Below, piece by piece: positions 1 to 9,476 of a stretch of DNA of 64,000 bases. This DNA comes from an uncultured virus (IMG/VR IMGVR_UViG_3300013845_000001) (lineage: Duplodnaviria > Heunggongvirae > Uroviricota > Caudoviricetes). The DNA lies in the IMG/VR virus record IMGVR_UViG_3300013845_000001, positions 62,001-126,000 of that record; one strand, 5' to 3'. Position 1 is the first letter of the stretch. Each line of letters opens with the position of its first letter. A model generated the notes under the pieces. The model was not told where the DNA came from, ran no database searches, and saw nothing but the letters and a program-made list of their open reading frames with translations. The position numbers and the translations under genes are program-made.

Positions 1-381
1 ATTCTCTGCATAGCCGTACATATTCAAGTTATGGACAGATATCCGCAAGCCAGATAATTCCATAATGCAATAGCTTGTCTTGTCTGTATTCCTGTTTATA
101 ACCTTGTATGGGATAAAATCCAGATAGACAAAATATTTTTTACCTTCCGTACTTGATATGGCATCACATACTGCAAAACAATCAATAATGCCGGTTTGTT
201 TCATAGCCTGGTTATAAATTGATTCAATAATGTCAACCGGAATTTTGCCATCTAGCAATGAAAAATCATATAGATACTTTTTGTTGTTGGTAAATTCTTT
301 CCGGTTCTCCACTAGTCCGGGAAATGACCTTTTCATTTTTGCAAGGCTTGACAGACAGTTTGATGTATTATATTTGTTCAT
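1..381 (-). CDS. Hypothetical phage protein, runs off the left edge
   Basis: ATG at 381-379 with GGAGG SD; frame appears open to position 1 (MNKYNTSNCLSSLAKMKRSFPG...). Confidence 0.55.
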   Translation of the reverse strand, partial: MNKYNTSNCLSSLAKMKRSFPGLVENRKEFTNNKKYLYDFSLLDGKIPVDIIESIYNQAMKQTGIIDCFAVCDAISSTEGKKYFVYLDFIPYKVINRNTDKTSYCIMELSGLRISVHNLNMYGYAEN

Positions 382-395
382 GTCTTTATTCCTCC

Positions 396-581
396 TTACC
401 TTTCCCAATAGTAGCCGTTGCCATCTAGTAAAGTGATCTGTACACCATAATCGTTAGACTGGATATCTGCAACTTGATTCATGTCAATAGTGTCTTGACT
501 TACGCTTGTAAATCTTCCAATTAAAAAAGCACTTGTCATAAGTGCTATTACTACGATAACTTTTTTAGCTTTTAATTTCAT
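396..581 (-). CDS. Small membrane-anchored or secreted hypothetical protein
   Basis: 61 aa, basic N-terminus then hydrophobic helix; AAGGAAAGAAGG upstream. Confidence 0.7.
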   Translation of the reverse strand: MKLKAKKVIVVIALMTSAFLIGRFTSVSQDTIDMNQVADIQSNDYGVQITLLDGNGYYWER

Positions 582-621
582 TGTTATACCTTCTTTCCTT
601 TTATCAGATATTTATACAGAC

Positions 622-985
622 GAAAATAGAATTTTTCAAGGGATATGACTAATTATAGAAGTTTGCCGTATGTCCCGTTTGGCGGTGGTTAGGATTCTTC
701 TATAACGTCTCACGTTTGTTTCATTGTTTTCGCCCGCATGGTGTAACTGATAAAACTGTGTTGCTTCCTATATTAATACAAGCCTTACGGCCTTAATTCA
801 TGTTTATCGCTTATTTACTTTATATACCGCTTTTGATCTGCCTCTATGCTGCCACATCAACTCAATATGGTACATAGCCTTATAGCGGTTCATTACGTCC
901 TGCCTAACGTCTTTTGGTTTCTTCCTACTATCCTTTACGGTATAGCGTCTACATATTTCATACGTTGCGGATTTATTCTATTTTC
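622..985 (-). ncRNA. Candidate structured non-coding RNA
   Basis: No credible ORF; 11-bp inverted repeat 622-632/975-985; internal stems and GNRA-type loops on the minus strand. Confidence 0.3.
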
Positions 986-1264
986 AAGGTCGTATAGGCG
1001 GATGCCCTGTCTATGCAACTTCAGCTAGACGTTTCAAAATGGGGACCATCTATGAATTGTTTTAGAGAAGCGATTGACGGCTTAGTGCGTTGTCAATCGG
1101 AAATGATGTTACTGATTTGTAATTCTCTGTTTACTTTGGGAAAACTCTCTGCCAGAATTGACAGATTGCAAGAAATGTGATAATCTCAACTTGTTGGAGT
1201 GAGACACATTCTCGTGTTTCCCTTTGGGATCGGCAGGAAGTTGGTAGCTTCCCGCCTTTGGTGA

Positions 1265-1366
1265 TTAACTTATGTATTCCAGATACTCGGCTTCTGTTGC
1301 AAATAGTTGGTAGCTATTATTTATGAAGCCCATGTAACCGGAAGGAACATAGTAGCCTTTAGGCAT
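1265..1366 (-). CDS. 33-aa hypothetical protein (MPKGYYVPSGYMGFINNSYQLFATEAEYLEYIS)
   Basis: Below the ORF-track cutoff; strong GGGAGGTGA SD. Confidence 0.65.
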   Translation of the reverse strand: MPKGYYVPSGYMGFINNSYQLFATEAEYLEYIS

Positions 1367-1867
1367 TTATATCACCTCCCAATATGTAGTTGGTTAGGGT
1401 CTGGCAGTTGGTAGCTGTCAGGCTCTTTTCCGTTCTATGTGGAGCAAGTATCGTCACTTGTATTTGTTTGTGCCTTCTAGAGTTTCTAAGGAAATATTCT
1501 CTAGTCCATATTCGTACTGACACAAAGCACGCTTGTTTTTATTTTAGAATAGGTATTGCATAGACAATATCAGCCTCTAAGAATATACCAGCTTTTTCAG
1601 ATATATCCCTTTTTATCTGCTTACACACTACAACAACTCATTTTTGTTCGCCTATTCCGCCTCGTGTTACCCATGTCGGCGCCATGCCTTTCCGTCCGTT
1701 CTCGTTGGACTCCCCCGCTCACGCTAATTTTTTATTGGAGTAGTTACCAATGGTAGCACAACTATGAGGCGTTGCTACTCATGAGCCTATGTCCGTTCAT
1801 TATGGAAACAAGTGATCCACTTGTTGATAGCCTAGTCGGGAATTGCACACTGACGGACGCTTGTCGT

Positions 1868-2032
1868 TTAGGCTTGTGCTATCTCGTAATAATCATAATT
1901 TGCTGGCTTATTCTGTTTTGCAAACTGAAGACATTTACTGCTAATCTCAGATTTTGTGGCGTTTGGATTGCATTCATAATTTAAAGTTTTAACTGCCTTT
2001 TCATTTTTGTAGTATGTGATAATATGTTTCAT
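1868..2032 (-). CDS. 54-aa hypothetical protein, first gene of the leftward unit
   Basis: ATG with GAGGT SD, downstream of a leftward sigma-A-like promoter. Confidence 0.6.
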   Translation of the reverse strand: MKHIITYYKNEKAVKTLNYECNPNATKSEISSKCLQFAKQNKPANYDYYEIAQA

Positions 2033-2103
2033 AGGTGATTACCTCGCTTTCATGATTGACTTGTTTGTGTGTTTTGTATTGCTTAACTTTATCTTATGTA
2101 CTT

Positions 2104-2243
2104 ATTATATCATCGTATTACGTATTTGTCAATCGTATTACGTATGTTTTTCATTGAATTAATATACATATTTTACATCGTATTACGTATTTTAATTGTG
2201 CACTTTGTACATGGTTGACAATGCACGTATTACGTGCTAAAAT
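2104..2243. promoter_or_regulatory. Divergent sigma-A promoters with four CGTATTACGT operator copies
   Basis: Plus: TTGACA(2215-2220)-17-TAAAAT. Minus: TTGACA(2132-2127)-17-TAATAT. Repeats start at 2114, 2134, 2179 and 2226, one inside each promoter spacer. Confidence 0.75.
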
Positions 2244-2278
2244 CGATTTAAAGACGTTTTAAATCGGGGGTAAGATAA

Positions 2279-2488
2279 ATGGCTGTAAGTAAGAAAGAAA
2301 GAGAATACAGGGACAAATACGACGCTGAAAACATGAAAGCATACACTGTGAAGTATCAGAAAGGCATTTATGAATTGGTTGAAAAGGCTATGGCTGACAC
2401 TGGAATGAACCGGAATAAATGGACAACGCAAGCTATAATTGAGAAGCTACAAAGGGAAGGATACCTGACAGACCAGGACAATGAGTGA
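2279..2488 (+). CDS. Small ribbon-helix-helix (Arc/CopG-like) DNA-binding protein
   Basis: 69 aa; alternating strand (AYTVKY) followed by two helices (GMNRNKWTTQAIIEKL). Confidence 0.65.
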   Translation: MAVSKKEREYRDKYDAENMKAYTVKYQKGIYELVEKAMADTGMNRNKWTTQAIIEKLQREGYLTDQDNE

Positions 2489-2783
2489 TCTCCTGGCAGC
2501 TGTGCAACGTATGCCCAGTGAGCCATGAACCATGGAATATATGTGCTTTTATACTGAATGTGGATATGCTTGTTATTGATGTCATTTCACTGAGTGATTA
2601 CTCATTCAAAATTAAAGCACGTGCAAAAATCGAACTTGCATTATTGTATTAGTCTATTAATACAAGATTGAATTGCGTTTCAATTTAACACAATTGCGCA
2701 GTATTATATATAGTTATCAGAACTACATGTCATGACATTAGAATATATTAATATGAAGAAATATCAGAAGTTCACTTTTTTGC

Positions 2784-3159
2784 TTGATTTATAAGGCTTT
2801 TATGGAGTTCCTGACGGGTGGGGGTAGGTTTACATTTTAGGATCGATTCCTACCTCACCAAAAGCTCCTATCTGTTACATCAACACATAAAGTTGAAAAT
2901 TGAATGTAAATCATAAACAATTCACTTTTTCACTTCGGTAGCCACTTCGGTGAAAATTCATAAAACCCAGCAAAATCAGTACTTATAAAGTTTTCAGACA
3001 ATTCAAATTCTCATCAAAACCATAAAATATCACCTCTAAAACTCCAAAAACCATTGATTTATCAAGCTTTCCTCGAAGTTTCCTCATTTTTACCAAAATC
3101 AACATATTGACCACATCAAATATCACCTCTCCAAACTCCATAAATCCCTTATAAATCAA
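2784..3159. repeat. Non-coding block of imperfect palindromes, direct repeats and inverted repeats around a G-run
   Basis: 26-nt inverted repeat with 24/26 identity (2784-2809 vs 3134-3159); AAATATCACCTCT direct repeat near 3026 and 3118; GGGTGGGGGTAGG at 2816. Confidence 0.7.
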
Positions 3160-3406
3160 TACTTTTCACGAATTCACCGAATCATAAAATACACGTCTGC
3201 CGAAGTCATCATTTTTCAACAGAAAATAATTATTGAAATATTGGGTCTAAATTGATTCAAAATTAGCAGTCAGTTAAAATGCAACAATCACAAATAAGTA
3301 AATGACCAGGTGAGTAAATAAGCTCGCCTATAAAATTATAAACAGAGAATTTATACATGTAGCCAAACTAATAATAATAAATTTCCAACGAAAGGGGGAA
3401 ACACAA

Positions 3407-3601
3407 ATGTCAAATTCAATATTATCAATCGTGCCACAACGGTTCTCATTTGAGAAACCAACACTCACCAACGCAAAAGGTGAAATCATCTCACATGGAA
3501 TAAATGTATCAATATCAATCGATGCATTCCAAGCGGATAAAATTCAATTAAAAAAGGACTTAGCTGCTATTTTTGCAGAAGTCCTTGAATACTTTGATTA
3601 A
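3407..3601 (+). CDS. Hypothetical protein
   Basis: 64 aa, AAGGGGG SD, preceded by the AGAGAAT motif. Confidence 0.55.
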   Translation: MSNSILSIVPQRFSFEKPTLTNAKGEIISHGINVSISIDAFQADKIQLKKDLAAIFAEVLEYFD

Positions 3602-4127
3602 TTTTGTCTAATGCCTTAGATGGGTCTTTTGAAGAAGAATTTGTTTCAAATGAACCATCTAAAAATTTATAATTTATGTGAAACTTTGATTCAACCCTAT
3701 CTCCTAAAGTATTATATGTAAGAATAACATCAAACTCTTCAATGGGAACATTAGCCATATCTTCTTTACTAAACACTGTTGTAAATGATTGACTTGGTGC
3801 CAAGGATAATCCTTTATAAAATTCAAACGGGTTAATTATAATATTATTAGTGGGCATTTCTGGGATGATTTTTACATCAGTAATTATTCCGGTAGATGCC
3901 CCAAAATTTTGTATTTTAATTCTTGGAACAATATCACCATATATCTTGAATGGGAATATCTCTATCTGGGCCTTATTACCCTCTTTTATTATTTTGGTGT
4001 TTTGTTTCAAAGCAGCAACAGAAATAATTATTGAAATGACACCAAGAAACAAGGCAATCATTATACTTGCAATTTGAATAATATCTGACACAGTAAGTTG
4101 AATAATGTCTGATCCTACTATTTCCAT
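3567..4127 (-). CDS. Membrane-anchored hypothetical protein (moron-like)
   Basis: N-terminal transmembrane helix, GGAGG SD, opposite orientation to its neighbours. Confidence 0.75.
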   Translation of the reverse strand: MEIVGSDIIQLTVSDIIQIASIMIALFLGVISIIISVAALKQNTKIIKEGNKAQIEIFPFKIYGDIVPRIKIQNFGASTGIITDVKIIPEMPTNNIIINPFEFYKGLSLAPSQSFTTVFSKEDMANVPIEEFDVILTYNTLGDRVESKFHINYKFLDGSFETNSSSKDPSKALDKINQSIQGLLQK

Positions 4128-4749
4128 ACATTTTTCCTCCCGTCAATATGGAATATTTTAACATAATACTTTTCAAAAGACAACTCCTCAGTCACACTCT
4201 TACAACTTTTTTCCCCACATAAGAAATAGTCAAATATGTGAATACACTCTACAACGCACCAAAATCAATTTTAAGACATTTTGCCTCTTACATGACAATT
4301 ATATCATCAAACACATTTCAAGCCTGTACAAAGCCAAATATTAACGTCAAGATGATATGCTCATGACACTATCTTTGTGTAAATCTACTGAAAATAGAAT
4401 TCAATCTTTATATATAATTACTAAACTTAATATTAATCATACCCTAATCTCATGTTTTTCAATTCTAAATACTCCTATATTATGAAAATATCTTCTTATT
4501 GCAATCACGCGTATTTCATGCTTACAGGGGTATATTTTACATCTAAACAGAGAACTACATATCACACCACTACTCCCAACATTATTATGGAAATATATTT
4601 TACTCCTTCTATTTAAAAAGTATTACTCATGGATGATATGCGCAGCTTGAAAGCCAAAATAGAAAGAACGTAAATAATTACTTTTCAAATGGAGAATAAA
4701 TCATCAGATACCCAACCACAAAGAAACATTCATAAGGAGGATAAGCAAT

Positions 4750-4980
4750 ATGAAGTTTTACACTAGAGAGCTACCACAAAAGCAATACCATTATCAATCA
4801 TCAGAAGTTAGTCTGCCAATGAACATAACTCCAAAACCAGGTGATACATTTCATGACCAATGGACTGATTACTACATTGACAGAGTTACATACTCCAAAG
4901 ACGGATTAGTCGTATATGCCACTAAGACTGAATTACAGAAACGTAGAAATAACACATGTTACAGGAAAAAGAAAAATTAA
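4750..4980 (+). CDS. Hypothetical protein
   Basis: 76 aa, AAGGAGG SD. Confidence 0.7.
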   Translation: MKFYTRELPQKQYHYQSSEVSLPMNITPKPGDTFHDQWTDYYIDRVTYSKDGLVVYATKTELQKRRNNTCYRKKKN

Positions 4981-5138
4981 TTTGAATAGAGAATAAAATC
5001 ATGTGCCAAAATACCCTCTCTAACTATACTGGAAATAATCCAAAACAACAACCAAAACACGAATTTTAATTGCGTAGCAAAATATCTTCTCTTGATAATA
5101 TGAGTCTATCTTGATATTGACCTACACAAATCCACACC

Positions 5139-5197
5139 TGGGAGGTACCTAAATGATGTTGAATTTTACTTTTGGGTACCCGTGGGAGGTACCCAAA
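5139..5197. repeat. Iteron-like direct and inverted repeats
   Basis: TGGGAGGTACC(T/C)AAA at 5139 and 5183; TTTGGGTACC/GGTACCCAAA inverted pair 5171-5197. Confidence 0.55.
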
Positions 5198-5362
5198 CGC
5201 ATTTTTCTTTAATACGCTAAAGTGTACGGTTTGAAAATGGTAAGAACGAAAGAAATGAGGTGAAATTTATTTTAGATAGAGAATGATAAAAATGAGGACA
5301 CTCCTATTTGAACTATCCGATGAGTAACTATAAATATATTTTATAAGAAAGGATTTTTAAAA

Positions 5363-6304
5363 TTGAAGAAATTAAATATTGACCCTGAATTACGAGATCT
5401 ACTACCACCTCTTACAAGCGATGAGTATAAACAGCTTGAAAAGAACATTGTCGAAAATGGATTCGATAGAAATTTTCCAATAATGGAGTGGCACGGTTTT
5501 ATAGTAGATGGACATAACCGCTATAGCATTTGTGAAAAGCATAATATTGATTTTATTTCCGGAACGCTTGCATATGAAACCAAAGAAGAAGTTATGGAAT
5601 GGATGCTTGATATTCAATTGGGACGTAGAAATCTATCTCCTATTCAGAGAATCGCCGTTACTGAGAAGTATCGTCCTATTTATGAAAGACAAGCAAAAGA
5701 AAATCTAATTACTGCCGGAAAAAATTATGGAGTTGGTAAGGAAGAAAAGCCTTTGGTAAATTTACCAAACCCTATTAATACAGTTAACACTTCCGAGAAA
5801 TTAGCATCTATCGCCGGTGTATCGGAGAAAACCTATCGCATGGGCGCGAAAGTTCTTAGTTCTGATAATGAAGAAGTAAAGAAACGTGTGTTATCAGGTG
5901 AAACATCTATTAGTGCGGGGTATAAAGAGTTAAACCAGAAAAAACAGGAAAGTGAAAATAAGAATGGAGAAAGTAATAATGTACCCCCTGTATTAGTTTC
6001 TACTAAATCAGATAATAAGCCACAAATTAGCGAGGAGGTAAAACAAATATGTGCTGATTTAAAAACAGAGAAGTCGCAAGAGTATCTTGAATCTATCTGG
6101 GATTACAAAATCGCAATCATAGAATGTACAAACGCAGGATTCAACAGGTTTTTTGATGGATTTGTTAGCACTTTGCAGGATATGGATGGGCGTGTAACAA
6201 AAAGAGAATTAGAAGAATGCATTAAAAATTCAGAATGCATGGTTGAAAAAATGCTGTCAGCAATTGAAGAATCAAAAAAAATCAAATTAAAAGTGGAGGA
6301 CTAA
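5363..6304 (+). CDS. ParB/Srx-like N-terminal domain protein with HTH
   Basis: LLPPLT..EY..L..NI..NG, IVDGHNRY, QLGRRNL motifs; EKLASIAGVSEKTY HTH. Confidence 0.8.
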   Translation: MKKLNIDPELRDLLPPLTSDEYKQLEKNIVENGFDRNFPIMEWHGFIVDGHNRYSICEKHNIDFISGTLAYETKEEVMEWMLDIQLGRRNLSPIQRIAVTEKYRPIYERQAKENLITAGKNYGVGKEEKPLVNLPNPINTVNTSEKLASIAGVSEKTYRMGAKVLSSDNEEVKKRVLSGETSISAGYKELNQKKQESENKNGESNNVPPVLVSTKSDNKPQISEEVKQICADLKTEKSQEYLESIWDYKIAIIECTNAGFNRFFDGFVSTLQDMDGRVTKRELEECIKNSECMVEKMLSAIEESKKIKLKVED

Positions 6305-6306
6305 AA

Positions 6307-7149
6307 ATGAAATTAAGAGAACTTATGAGCAAAATGGACGGAAAGATTCGAGTGGAGCATAAAGATGTTCCAATCGAAAAATTAGACTCTATGCTCGATT
6401 ATCAAAGAGATATTGATATGAATCGTGTTGAATTAATAAGTAGTGATGAGATTTTTGATGAAAATGAAGTTGACGAAGTAAAAGTCAGTGTTCGTATTGA
6501 TGGTTCTATGAAAGTTTGTGACGGGCAACATACAATAGCTATTCTTAAAAGAAGAGGTTGGTCTACTGTTCCATGTGAATTAAGACATGGACTAACCATC
6601 GAGGAAGAGAATGACTGGTTTAATATTACAAATACAAAAGAGAAACCACAATCAAGGAAAAGTACCCTTACTTCACAAATTCACGGTACATATGAAAAAA
6701 ATAAAGATGAGCAAGATTTCTACAATTGTATTAAATCTTTAGGATTTAAACTTGATATTTTTGGTGAAGATCCAGGAAACGATTATAGAATTACATGTCC
6801 TGCAAATTTGCTTAATATTTACAAAGATTATCAAAAAAGTGATTCCATTGATAACTTTGTTGAGTGTATGGATATTTTGAAAACCTGTTTTATTGGCGAT
6901 CCAGTTTCTTTGAAATGGAACTTTATAAGAGGAATGTTTGATTTTTATGAAGCGTATATTTTCGACTTTGATAGAAGCAGATTTATAAAAGTATTTAGTA
7001 AAATGTCAGCGAAAAATATTAAAACCAATGCAGAAAATGATAGCTATACTAAAAAACCATCATTGAAGTACGGAAAAATATTTGTAAGTGAGTATAATTC
7101 TAATCTTGCAAAGTCCAAAAGATTAAAAATGAGCAAACTTGAAGATTAG
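6307..7149 (+). CDS. ParB-like (DUF6551-type) protein
   Basis: DYQR and DGQHT motifs. Confidence 0.65.
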   Translation: MKLRELMSKMDGKIRVEHKDVPIEKLDSMLDYQRDIDMNRVELISSDEIFDENEVDEVKVSVRIDGSMKVCDGQHTIAILKRRGWSTVPCELRHGLTIEEENDWFNITNTKEKPQSRKSTLTSQIHGTYEKNKDEQDFYNCIKSLGFKLDIFGEDPGNDYRITCPANLLNIYKDYQKSDSIDNFVECMDILKTCFIGDPVSLKWNFIRGMFDFYEAYIFDFDRSRFIKVFSKMSAKNIKTNAENDSYTKKPSLKYGKIFVSEYNSNLAKSKRLKMSKLED

Positions 7150-7164
7150 GTGAGGTGACACGTC

Positions 7165-7944
7165 TTGCCTAACTATGTAAAGATACCAAGAGAAATAATA
7201 TACAACAAGGATTTATCAGATAAACGAGTGATTATCTTTTTATACTTATGTGCAAGGCGATCCTTAGATGACACGGTGGCGTTCAGTACAACTGAATTAT
7301 GCCACTGGTCACATCTAAAACCTAATTACAGAGATGGAAAGATTAATCAAAAGTATTATGAAGTTTTAGAAGCACTCTCACATTCCGGCTATTTCGTCAA
7401 TTTCCCAGACTTTGAAAAACTGAAAATTGAGAAGAAGAATTCAAATGAGTATCAGTTAATCAACATTGATATATCCAAGTTTGATGTACCTGATAATTTT
7501 GGGATTATATATTTTGATGAATTGGACAAGATTTTGGATTTCAAAGGAGAATTAAAAGATAGTGGTATTGATTTATCCAGAATGTCATCGGCTTATATCC
7601 TCCTACTACTATCCTACCTACGTGTGAACATGAACCGCAACGAGGACAAACCACTATGCTGCTATCGCCACTACAAGAAAATATCAGATGATATCGGACT
7701 ATCTGAGAGATACATCGGAAGAATTGTGGGAATATTAGAATCCTTAAAAATCGTGAAGTGTGTAGAAGTAAAGAGAAATAGGTATGAGAAAGATGACGTA
7801 GGTTATGGATTTATCACCGGCCCCAAAGTATTTGCAGATTACAGACGTTTTGTCAAAGATGAAAACGGTAACGTAAGATTAGATGAAAATTATGACCATA
7901 TGTCAGAAATTACAAAGCAGTTAGAAATCCTAAATGGAGCATAG
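7165..7944 (+). CDS. Putative replication or regulatory protein with winged-HTH domains
   Basis: YVKIPREII N-terminus; KISDDIGLSERYIGRIV HTH. Confidence 0.55.
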   Translation: MPNYVKIPREIIYNKDLSDKRVIIFLYLCARRSLDDTVAFSTTELCHWSHLKPNYRDGKINQKYYEVLEALSHSGYFVNFPDFEKLKIEKKNSNEYQLINIDISKFDVPDNFGIIYFDELDKILDFKGELKDSGIDLSRMSSAYILLLLSYLRVNMNRNEDKPLCCYRHYKKISDDIGLSERYIGRIVGILESLKIVKCVEVKRNRYEKDDVGYGFITGPKVFADYRRFVKDENGNVRLDENYDHMSEITKQLEILNGA

Positions 7945-8062
7945 AGCAACAGAGAATATATACATGAAACCAAATCAATCAATGGCTCACCAGAAAGGCG
8001 GTCAACGATGATGCAAGAAATAATAACAAAAATTGAATATGAGAAGGAGAATTACAAATTAC

Positions 8063-8644
8063 ATGACAGGAACAAATACATATGCAAACAGAAAACATAG
8101 AACATATGGAGGTGAAATTTCACTAGAAGATTTTAACACTACTCTCCCAAATAAAAAGAGAATTAATAATCAGATCAATGCCGATAATTTGCATTCATCA
8201 CTAGAAAATAAGAAAGTAAAAAACAATGAGGAGAGAAAGTATAAAAATATGACACTTGAAGAATTAAGAGAAATGAAAATTGTATCAAATACAAATGGAC
8301 GCCCATCTTTTACCTTGACAGATGAAAAATGGCAAAAGGAATTTAATGTTAGAAAGTTGTTTAATCAAGGATATTCAAAAGAGGTTAAGAAACTTGGTGG
8401 CAAAGGCTCAAAAGAATCAGGCTTGTGGAACGAAGAAACAAAGGGTGATTACCATGGTTGTACTAATTGGCAGCAATATTGTTGCTATATAAATGATATT
8501 TTGAGCAATATTCGCTCTGGGCAGATTGATTATTGTTATTACATATATCAAATTATGGATCTTGCAAAGTTTTACTTTGGTAAAGAACAGTTGAAGACCA
8601 AGTATCGTGATGGATATTGGGAAGTGTGGTTAGAGAATGCGTAA
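8063..8644 (+). CDS. Hypothetical protein
   Basis: Long ORF; start placed after AAGGAG. Confidence 0.6.
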   Translation: MTGTNTYANRKHRTYGGEISLEDFNTTLPNKKRINNQINADNLHSSLENKKVKNNEERKYKNMTLEELREMKIVSNTNGRPSFTLTDEKWQKEFNVRKLFNQGYSKEVKKLGGKGSKESGLWNEETKGDYHGCTNWQQYCCYINDILSNIRSGQIDYCYYIYQIMDLAKFYFGKEQLKTKYRDGYWEVWLENA

Positions 8645-8821
8645 GCTCAATGTTAAAAGAAGAAAATATCAGGTGAGTAAAACTGCACAGAATCAGTTTT
8701 ATGCTTAAAATTTCAATAACCACCATTGCACAGAAAATTCTACTGCCACTGGTGGAGAAATACTTACCTAACGAACATGCGTTTAAAAATTCAATATTAA
8801 TGAATAGAAAGGAAATTAAAT

Positions 8822-9166
8822 ATGCTTAGATACGAAACAGAGGCAAATGTAACAGTTTCAATTGATTTACAAAATGGTTATTCAGTCATTGCAATGGCGA
8901 GGTGGGATAACGAGAAAAAGAAATACTACACTACTCTTCTACTACATGAAAATACTGTGAGTAAGTGGGATCTCATTGAAGAGGCAGCAAACGTAGAAAT
9001 CGATTCAGATATGAAGACAATCAAAAGGGATATGGCTCAGTATGTTACGGATCTTCTTACAGATGGATTCTTTAAGAAATACATAGACAGGTATGAGTAT
9101 GAGCTGAAATGCTTCGATAGGGGCTTTGAGATTATGGAGAAAGAGAGGAAAAGTGCAAATGATTAA
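8822..9166 (+). CDS. Hypothetical protein
   Basis: 114 aa, AAAGGA SD. Confidence 0.75.
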   Translation: MLRYETEANVTVSIDLQNGYSVIAMARWDNEKKKYYTTLLLHENTVSKWDLIEEAANVEIDSDMKTIKRDMAQYVTDLLTDGFFKKYIDRYEYELKCFDRGFEIMEKERKSAND

Positions 9167-9449
9167 AGGACTGATTAGATTTGCAAAGAAGTTGGTTGGT
9201 GTATATGAACATGGTTATGAGTATTGGGTTAAGTTAAGCGATATACATATTACTCCTCAATTCAGGTGGTCAAGAATTAAATCAGCTAAATATAAAAGGA
9301 AATGGCAGTTTTATCATAGAAACGGATATTGCGAAAGCAGAATTGTACTGAATAGGAATTTCGAGCTGGTTGACGGGTATAGTTCTTACAAAATATATAG
9401 GTCTGCTGAAGGTGAGGATTGTAAGGTGCCGGTGTGGTTTGTTGAATAG
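9159..9449 (+). CDS. Small ParB-like hypothetical protein
   Basis: LVDGYSSY motif; ATG overlaps the end of the previous gene. Confidence 0.6.
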   Translation: MIKGLIRFAKKLVGVYEHGYEYWVKLSDIHITPQFRWSRIKSAKYKRKWQFYHRNGYCESRIVLNRNFELVDGYSSYKIYRSAEGEDCKVPVWFVE

Positions 9450-9476
9450 AAAAAAATATTATGGGAGGATACAGAT

